DNA of 38,881 nt from Octopus sinensis. Its lineage: Eukaryota. Every line of letters begins with the position of its first letter. Within the stretch, counting starts at the first letter, position 1. Shown piece by piece: positions 31,681 through 38,881 of this stretch. The position numbers and the translations under genes were made by a program. The stretch covers positions 1-38,881 of the forward strand of contig NW_021835866.1 in NCBI RefSeq assembly GCF_006345805.1, in the 5' to 3' direction. The notes below the pieces were generated by a model. It had not been told where the DNA came from. It saw nothing but the letters and a program-made list of their open reading frames with translations, and did not search any database.

Positions 31681-32505
31681 ATTCCAAACTTTAAAACGTC
31701 TCTAACTTTTTAATTATCAATTACGAAGAGAAATGAAAATGATTTTCGTCATTAGCATGCAAAATACACCATCGTAGAAAATTTGAATTAAATCCGACGA
31801 TGCAAACAAAACCATCAACGTCTGCTAGTCAGGACAGGCAGAGAGAGAGAGAACCTTGGCTTTCTGAGTCCCATGAAGATTCCGCTGCAGATATTCGGGT
31901 TTGTACAGAGAAGGGCGTGGGATTTTTACATTAGGATTCGACATTAGTTCATATCAAACCTTTTGAAATAATCCCGATTTATTACGACCCCATACACGCA
32001 CCTGAACATAATTAAACGAAACGTAATTAACGAAGCACCTGTATATTTTCTTTTCCGGTTTCTGTCCCACACAGCCACATCTTGTCTCATTTTACCCCGT
32101 TAGATTTACCGATTCCACCTGAACGTCTGCTATCAGATATCTACACGGGCTTTCTATTTGTTAACACATATATTCGTATAATATTCCATTAGGTATAACG
32201 ATGTTTCGTAATATAGATGTAAAAGTCTTTATCTGCAACTGTATAATATATATTAAAAAAAATACAAAATGGGACAAGAACGCAAAACATCCAAATAGAA
32301 GATACAAAAAACACGAACGGGTCATTCGAAGCCTTTAATCTTCAGTCAAGAACCGGATCATCCTCGCAATTTCGGCTGATTAATCTTGAGATTGCTCCAA
32401 TCTGGCCAGCCCCACGGAAAAACTATGCTAAGAGCATTAGATTCCTCGGAAAAAGGATGTGTATAATACCTGTATAGAACATAGTCGACCTCAAGCAGTC
32501 TACAG

Positions 32506-32622
32506 GTAAGAAAATACCATGTCTAAATCGCATATTTTCTACATACATAAATAAAAAAACTCGTGATATTTACGGTAAGAAGCTGAACTATCATACATTA
32601 TTTATAAACAGACATTTCTCAG
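32506..32622 (+). other. Probable 5'-UTR intron of the ZNF gene
   Basis: Donor CAG|GTAAGA at 32506 and acceptor atttctcAG at 32622, 16 nt before the ATG. Confidence 0.55.
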
Positions 32623-32638
32623 CCTTTTAAGAATTACT

Positions 32639-34225
32639 ATGGAAGACGTTAAATGTTTGGACACTTTTAACATAACTGTTTTTAACGATATAGACTCGGT
32701 TACTGAGACAGACAGAGATGAGAAACCTTTATTGAATGAAACAACAGTTCCTGATCAAAGATCGATCCAGAGAAATATTCCTGAACATTACTGTGAGATC
32801 TGTCGGAAAACGTTCTCGTCCGAACACGAAGTTTTCACCCACAAAGAAACACATCATAGAAAGACACCCCACAACTACGGAGTGTATGGTAAATATTTTG
32901 TCTTTAACAGTAAATTGACAACACAGAGAAGAACTGGAGACAAACCATTTCATTGTGATATCTGCGGAAAATCTTTTGTGTCTTTTAATAAATTAACCAG
33001 GCACAAACGGATACATACGAGGGAAAAAAGCCATCAATGCGAAATCTGTGGTAAATATTTCTCTCTTAGTTCTTGCCTTGTTCTTCATAAACGAACTCAC
33101 ACAGGGGAAAAACCTTACCGTTGCGACACCTGTGGCAAATCGTTCTCAGGTAAATTTAGCCTCGTCGTTCATTCTAGAATCCATGCGGAAGAAAAACGTT
33201 TCCGATGTGATTTGTGCGGAAAAGCTTTCACTCAGAATTCTCACCTTGTCGTTCATAAATCCATCCATACCGGAGAGAAACCCTTCCTCTGTGATATCTG
33301 CGGAAAATCTTTCGTGTCGAACAATAAGCTGACGAGGCATACGAGGGTCCACACGGGAGAAAGGCCTTATCATTGTCAGATCTGTGGCAAGTCCTTTTCT
33401 GCGAGTTCTTGCCTTGTTCTTCATAAACGAACTCATACGGGGGAAAAACCATTCCGTTGTGAATTATGCGGAAAGTCGTTCTCGGGTAAGTTCAGCCTTG
33501 TAGTTCACACCAGGATTCATGCCAGAGAAAAGCCATTCCACTGCGGAATCTGCGGAAAATCCTTCTCTAGTAATTCTCATCTTGTCGTCCACAAACGGAT
33601 TCACACGGGCGAGAAACCGTTCAGCTGTGAAATCTGTGGAAAAGCTTTTATCTCGAATAATAAATTGACAAGACACGTGAGGGTCCACACCGGAGAAAAA
33701 CCCTATCATTGTGAGATTTGCGGAAAATCCTTTTCCGTTAATTCTTGCGTTATCGTTCATAAGAGGACCCACACGGGGGAAAAAACCTTCCATTGCCAGC
33801 TCTGTGGTAAATCGTTCCTCACCAGCACCCAGTTAAAAACCCACAAGCAAATACACAACGGCGGAAAAGTGTTCCACTGCGAACAATGTGGCAAAGTTTT
33901 TACTGATAATTCTCGTTTTGTAGTTCATCAGAAAATGCACGCAGGGGAAAAACCATTCGACTGTGACACTTGTGGAAAGGCGTTCATGCAGAAATCTCAT
34001 CTTGTAGTTCACAAACTTATCCACACGGGAGAGAAACCGTATCGTTGTGAAACTTGTGGAAAGTCTTTTATTACTAACGGTTACTTAACAAAACACAAAC
34101 GTTCACACACAGGAGAAAAGCCATTCGGGTGTGACACATGTGGAAAGTTTTTTTCCACAAATGGTAATTTAAAGACACATAAACGACTTCATACTAGAGA
34201 GAAACCTTCCAAATGTAAAATCTGA
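32639..34225 (+). CDS. Single-exon C2H2 (Kruppel-type) zinc-finger protein, 528 aa, 16 intact fingers plus 1 degenerate finger
   Basis: Repeated C-x2-C-x3-F-x5-L-x2-H-x3-H with TGEKP linkers; acidic N-terminus; no KRAB/BTB/SCAN domain recognised. Confidence 0.93.
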   Translation: MEDVKCLDTFNITVFNDIDSVTETDRDEKPLLNETTVPDQRSIQRNIPEHYCEICRKTFSSEHEVFTHKETHHRKTPHNYGVYGKYFVFNSKLTTQRRTGDKPFHCDICGKSFVSFNKLTRHKRIHTREKSHQCEICGKYFSLSSCLVLHKRTHTGEKPYRCDTCGKSFSGKFSLVVHSRIHAEEKRFRCDLCGKAFTQNSHLVVHKSIHTGEKPFLCDICGKSFVSNNKLTRHTRVHTGERPYHCQICGKSFSASSCLVLHKRTHTGEKPFRCELCGKSFSGKFSLVVHTRIHAREKPFHCGICGKSFSSNSHLVVHKRIHTGEKPFSCEICGKAFISNNKLTRHVRVHTGEKPYHCEICGKSFSVNSCVIVHKRTHTGEKTFHCQLCGKSFLTSTQLKTHKQIHNGGKVFHCEQCGKVFTDNSRFVVHQKMHAGEKPFDCDTCGKAFMQKSHLVVHKLIHTGEKPYRCETCGKSFITNGYLTKHKRSHTGEKPFGCDTCGKFFSTNGNLKTHKRLHTREKPSKCKI

Positions 34226-35607
34226 GAAAAAATTCTCTTGCAAGTCTGAGCTTTTGGTCCATCAACATGTAAATGTCGGTAAGAATTTAGGATCTTTTCA
34301 CCTTACAAACTACAGAATTTTCTCAATAAAGCCAAGAGAAAAAGACGTTTTATGTGACACATTCTACCACTATACGAAGTTTAAAAGTGTTTAGTCACAA
34401 AAAATTATTTTTTAAATCTGCCATTCAAACTGAAAAGATCTCCAACTTTTAATTAAATTCTAATTATAAACACTGGAGGCTGTTTGGAAAAAAAGCATCT
34501 GTGAAACGAATAAGTTTGGAAACCTGCAGGATTTGATTACAGTAACCATTTTTAAGACTAAATGACATGATCTGCGATTGTAATAAGCGGCTTCTTTTGT
34601 ATTAGTGTTCAATGTGTATCATATCTTACCTGGTGTGGTTGAAATAGATCGATATTTATTGCGAAATCACCCTTTTTAATTAGATCCAACGTTGATCACA
34701 TGTGGGAAGCTTTTTTCCACAAATGGTAATCTAAAGACACATAAACGACTTCATACTAGAGAGAAACCTTCCAAATGTAAAATCTGAGAAAGAATTCTCT
34801 TGCAAGTCTAAGCTTTTGGTCTATCAACATGTACATGTCGGCAAGCTTTTAGGATCTTTTCACTTTACAAACTACAGAATTTTCTCAATAAAGCCAAGAG
34901 AAAAAGACGTTTTATGTGACACATTCTACCACTATACGAAGTTTAAAAGTGTTTAGTCACAAAAAATTATTTTAAAAAACTGCCATTCAAACTGAAAAGA
35001 TCCCCAACTTTTAATTAAATTCTAATTATAAGCACTGGAGGCTGTTTGGAAAAAAAGCATCTGTGAAACGAATAAGTTTGGAAACCTGCAGGATTTGATT
35101 ACAGTAACCATTTTTAAAACTAAATGACATGATCTGCGATTGTAATAAGCGGCTTCTTTTGTATTAGTGTTCAATGTGTATCATATCTTACCTGGTGTGG
35201 TTGAAATAGATTGATATTTATTGCGAAATCACATTTTTTAATTAGATCCAACGTTGATCACATGTGGGAAGCTTTTTTCCACAAATGGTAATTTAAAGAC
35301 ACATAAACGACTTCATACTAGAGAGAAACCTTCCAAATGTAAAATCTGAGAAAGAATTCTCTTGCAAGTCTGAGCTTTTGGTCCATCAACATGCACATGT
35401 CGGCAAGCTTTTAGGATCTTTTCACTTTACAAACTACAGAATTTTCTCAATAAAGCCAAGAGAAAAAGATGTTTTATATGACACATTCTACCACTATACG
35501 AAGTTTAAAAGTGTTTTAGCCCAAAGGCCGCGGCCATGCTGGGGCACCACCGCTGAAAAGTTACAAAAAATCATTTTTTAAATCTGCCGGTCAAAGTGAA
35601 AAGATCC
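34135..35607 (+). repeat. 562-bp tandem repeat (about 2.6 copies) starting inside the last ZNF finger
   Basis: CACATGTGG at 34135, 34697 and 35259; AATAAA at 34325, 34887 and 35449. Confidence 0.92.
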
Positions 35608-35939
35608 AGCATGGATCATTTATTGTGAATTTAAGTTTTTTTCACTTGAATTTTCATTTTCATTTTGTAATCTGCAAATTTGGTTTTGTTTAAGAGAAAT
35701 CCTTTTTTTCTAACATGTGTGAGGAATCCTTATTTTTGAATCACAAACTTGAAGTTGGTAAACAAATGCATTCTAAAGAAAAAGATGTGTAAGAAACCAT
35801 TCCTTGTAGACTGTTTTGTAATTCACAGACGTCTTCAAATTCGCAACACCTGGAAGAAAGATCTGGTAACCGTTGTTTGTCTTTCTTAAACAGACATTAT
35901 CTCGTTAATCATGATTGGAAAAAAAAAAAACACCTGAGC

Positions 35940-36180
35940 AAAACTTAAACACTTTAGCATTTGAACCATCCATACCCGGGTTGCGGATCCGTGGAACAAG
36001 CTGCCAGACGAGATGGTGAAGATGCCGACGACCGCTTTGTTCAAAGCCTCCCTTGACCTCAAGTGGCCTGAACTCTTTACATGAACACCACCCTGTACTT
36101 AACTCCATGTCCCCCTACATGGCCTTGCTATTTGCCTTTGAGCCAAATTGACTAACTAACTAACTAACTAACTAACTACC
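35940..36180 (+). mobile_element. CR1-type LINE 3' end with a (CTAA)n tail
   Basis: Translates to RVADPWNKLPDEMVKMPTTALFKASLDLKWPELFT*, typical of the CR1 ORF2 C-terminus. Confidence 0.75.
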
Positions 36181-36475
36181 CGGCCTAAGTATTCTACCTG
36201 CTTCATGTTCAGAACTATACAGGTGCAGTCTCTCACACCTACCCTGCTATGTCACTCTAATAAAAAAACAAAAAACAATCACATTGTTGAAATGTCAAAG
36301 CTATGAGATAATCCATGATTAATTCAAAACAATGAGAATAAATAAGCATTACATTTGACAAAGAAATATGAGTGCTAAAGGCTTAAACCATCTCACACCT
36401 ACCCTACAATGTCATTCTAAAAATAAAGAATCACGTCGTTAAAATCTCAAAGCTACAAGATAATCCATGATTAAT

Positions 36476-36687
36476 TAGGCGCAGGAGTGGCTGTAAAATC
36501 TCAAAGCTACAAGATAATCCATGATTAATTAGGCGCAGGAGTAGCTTGCTAACCAACCACATGGTTCCGGGTTCGGTCCCACTGCGTGGCATCTTGGGCA
36601 AGTGTCTTCTGCTATAGCCCCGGGCCGACCAATGCCTTGTGAGTGGATTTGGTAGACGGAAACTGAAAGAAGCCTGTCGTATATATG

Positions 36688-36718
<31 letters not shown>

Positions 36719-36940
36719 ATGTGTTTGTGTGTCTGTGTTTGTCTCCCTAGCATCGCTTGACAACCGATGCTGGTGTGTTTACGTCCCCGTCACTTAGCGG
36801 TTCGGCAAAAGAGACCGATAGGATAAGTACTGGGCTTACAAAAGAATAAGTCCCGGGGTCGAGTTGCTCGACTAAAGGCGGTGCTCCAGCATGGCCACAG
36901 TCAAATGACTGAAACAAGTAAAAAAAAGAGTAAAAAGAGT
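36476..36940 (+). mobile_element. SINE family A with an about 52-bp duplication across its 5' junction
   Basis: AAATCTCAAAGCTACAAGATAATCCATGATTAATTAGGCGCAGGAGT occurs twice (about 36443 and 36495). Confidence 0.8.
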
Positions 36941-37040
36941 AATAAAAAAAATTCAAAACAAAACATGGAAAACAGTATGTCAAAGTGTTTTTTTTTAAAC
37001 TAAATTTTTCATTATTATAAAGACTAACTATTTTAAAGAT

Positions 37041-37812
37041 TAAGGTGACGAGCTGGCAGACTCGTTAGCACGCCGGGCGAAATGCGTAGCCGTATTTCGT
37101 CTGCCGTTACGTTCTGGGTTCAAATTCCGCCGAGGTCGACATTGCCTTTCATCCTTTCGGGGTCGATAAATTAAGTACCAGTTACGCACTAGGGTCGATG
37201 TAATCGACTTAACCCCTTTGTCTGTCCTTGTTTGTCCCCTCTGTGTTTAGCCCCTTGTGGATAGTAAAGAAATAGGTATTTCGCCTGCCGCTACATTCTG
37301 AGTTCAAATTCCGCCAAGGTCGACTTTGCCTTTCATCCTTTCGGGGTCGGTAAATTAAGTACCAGTTATGCACTGGGGTCGATGTAATCGACTTAATCCG
37401 TTTGTCTGTCCTTGTTTGTCCCCTTGTGGGTAGTAAAGAAATAGGTATTTCGCCTGCCGCTACATTCTGAGTTCAAATTCCACCGAGGTCGACTTTGCCT
37501 TTCATCCTTTCGGGGTCGATAAATTAAGTACCAGTTATGCACTGGGGTCGATGTAATTGACTTAATCCGTTTGTCTGTCCTTGTTTGTCCTCTCTGTGTT
37601 TAGCCCCTTGTGGGTAGTAAAGAAATAGGTATTTCGTCTGTCTTTACGTTCTGAGTTCAAATTCCACCAAGGTCGACTTTGCCTTTCATCCTTTCGGGGT
37701 CGATAAATTAAGCACCAGTTACGCACTGGGGATCAATGTAATCGACTTAATACCTATGTCTGTCCTTGTTTGTCCCCTCTGTGTTTAACCCCTTGTGGGC
37801 AATAAAGAAATA
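37041..37812 (+). mobile_element. Head-to-tail array of 4 SINE family B bodies behind a single head
   Basis: GTATTTCG at 37092, 37276, 37445 and 37629 (periods 184, 169, 184). Confidence 0.88.
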
Positions 37813-38184
37813 TATTTTAAAGACTAACTGAATTAAAAGCAACAGTATATTTCAAAGAGAAATACCAAAACAAAATGGTTAAACAGAAGTGAATGCTATT
37901 GAGATGATTTCTTGGAAACAAAAAGTATCCTCTCTAAACAAAAGTAAAAAGGAAAAAAATTACTGAGAATTTATATGTAAATGAAAATGTTTTCTAAATA
38001 TCTTGTAAATGTTAAATTAAAATCTTTTGACTATATTTGTTGGTTGTTAGTTTCTGAAGAATCAAAATTATTTTTTTCATATTTGTTGGCTCTGAAAATA
38101 TCATCATCATCATTGTCCATACTTGCATGGGTCAGACGGTTTATCAACCCATTAGCATTTAAACTGACCATATTTGGCACAAAT

Positions 38185-38881
38185 CTTCTCTTTACTCTTT
38201 TACTTGTTTCAGTCATTTGACTGTGGCCATGCTGGAGCACCGCCTTTAGTCGAGCAACTCAACCCCGGGACTTATTCTTTTGTAAGCCCAGTACTTATTC
38301 TATCATTCTCTTATTGCCGAACCGCTAAGTGACGGGTACGTAAACACACCAGCATCGGTTGTCAAGCGATGTTGGGGGGACAAACACAGACAGACAAACA
38401 CACATGCACACATATATATACATATATATGACAGGCTTCTTTCAGTTTCCGTCTACCAAATCCACTCACAAGGCTTTGCTCGGCCCGAGGCTATAATAGA
38501 AGACACTTGCCCAAGGTGCCACGCAGTGGGACTGAACCCGGAACCATGTGGTTGGTAAGCAAGCTACTTACCACACAGCCACTCCTGCGCCTATCTACCT
38601 ATTTTATATTACAATCACCCAGATCCAGCCCCTTACACCTACCCTATGATGTCGTTCTAAAAAAATACTATCACATCATTGAAATATTTGAAGCTGTGAG
38701 ATAATACAGGTGCAGGAGTGGCTGTGGGGTAAGTAGCTTGCTTACCAAGCACATGGTTCCGGGTTCAGTCCCACTGCGTGACACCTTGGGCAAGTGTCTT
38801 CTACTATAGCCCCGGGCCGACCAAAGCCTTGTGAGTGGATTTGGTAGACGGAAACTGAAAGAAGCCTGTCGTATATATACA
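38185..38881. mobile_element. Divergent SINE family A pair (- 38185-38592; + 38707-window end)
   Basis: Matches to the family A consensus seen elsewhere in the window. Confidence 0.85.

Noticed and set aside
32330-32430. Hammerhead-like pieces on the minus strand (CTGAAGA...GAAT; GGCTG...CAGCC-GAAA) in a repeat also seen at about 8059
   Set aside because: Core boxes are incomplete and there is no stem I pairing; at best a decayed Penelope-like fragment.
32729-34024. Antisense and alternate-frame ORFs over the ZNF (and over BCS1L exon 1 at 27623-28359)
   Set aside because: They are shadow ORFs of real coding sequence with no independent features.

Overview
AT-rich, microsatellite- and SINE-dense eukaryotic DNA with GT-AG introns. 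The repeat landscape and the single-exon C2H2 array point to an octopod cephalopod (inference). I reconstructed four genes by hand: (1) the last exon of a chymotrypsin-family (S1) serine protease (+, 592-750); (2) a complete 7-exon STK16 kinase (+, 8822-16522, 309 aa); (3) a complete 4-exon BCS1L mitochondrial AAA chaperone (-, 28349-24448, 421 aa); (4) a single-exon C2H2 zinc-finger gene with 16 intact fingers (+, 32639-34225), divergent from BCS1L. The rest is several tRNA-derived SINE families, LINE 3' ends, a non-autonomous Helitron, MITEs and simple repeats. SINE family letters A-E are my own labels. Best leads: a minimal type-I hammerhead-like motif in a Penelope-like insert upstream of BCS1L; a near-identical inverted repeat pair bracketing STK16 exons 4-6 (342 nt, skippable in frame, circRNA/A-to-I candidate); a ZNF whose 17th finger was cut by a 2-nt deletion and whose 3' end is triplicated as a 562-bp unit; a 9-bp-TSD, long-TIR MITE family; and a TTAGGG-carrying MITE. 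No prokaryotic-type system (CRISPR, operon) is present. All counts and alignments were done by eye; repeat boundaries are approximate.
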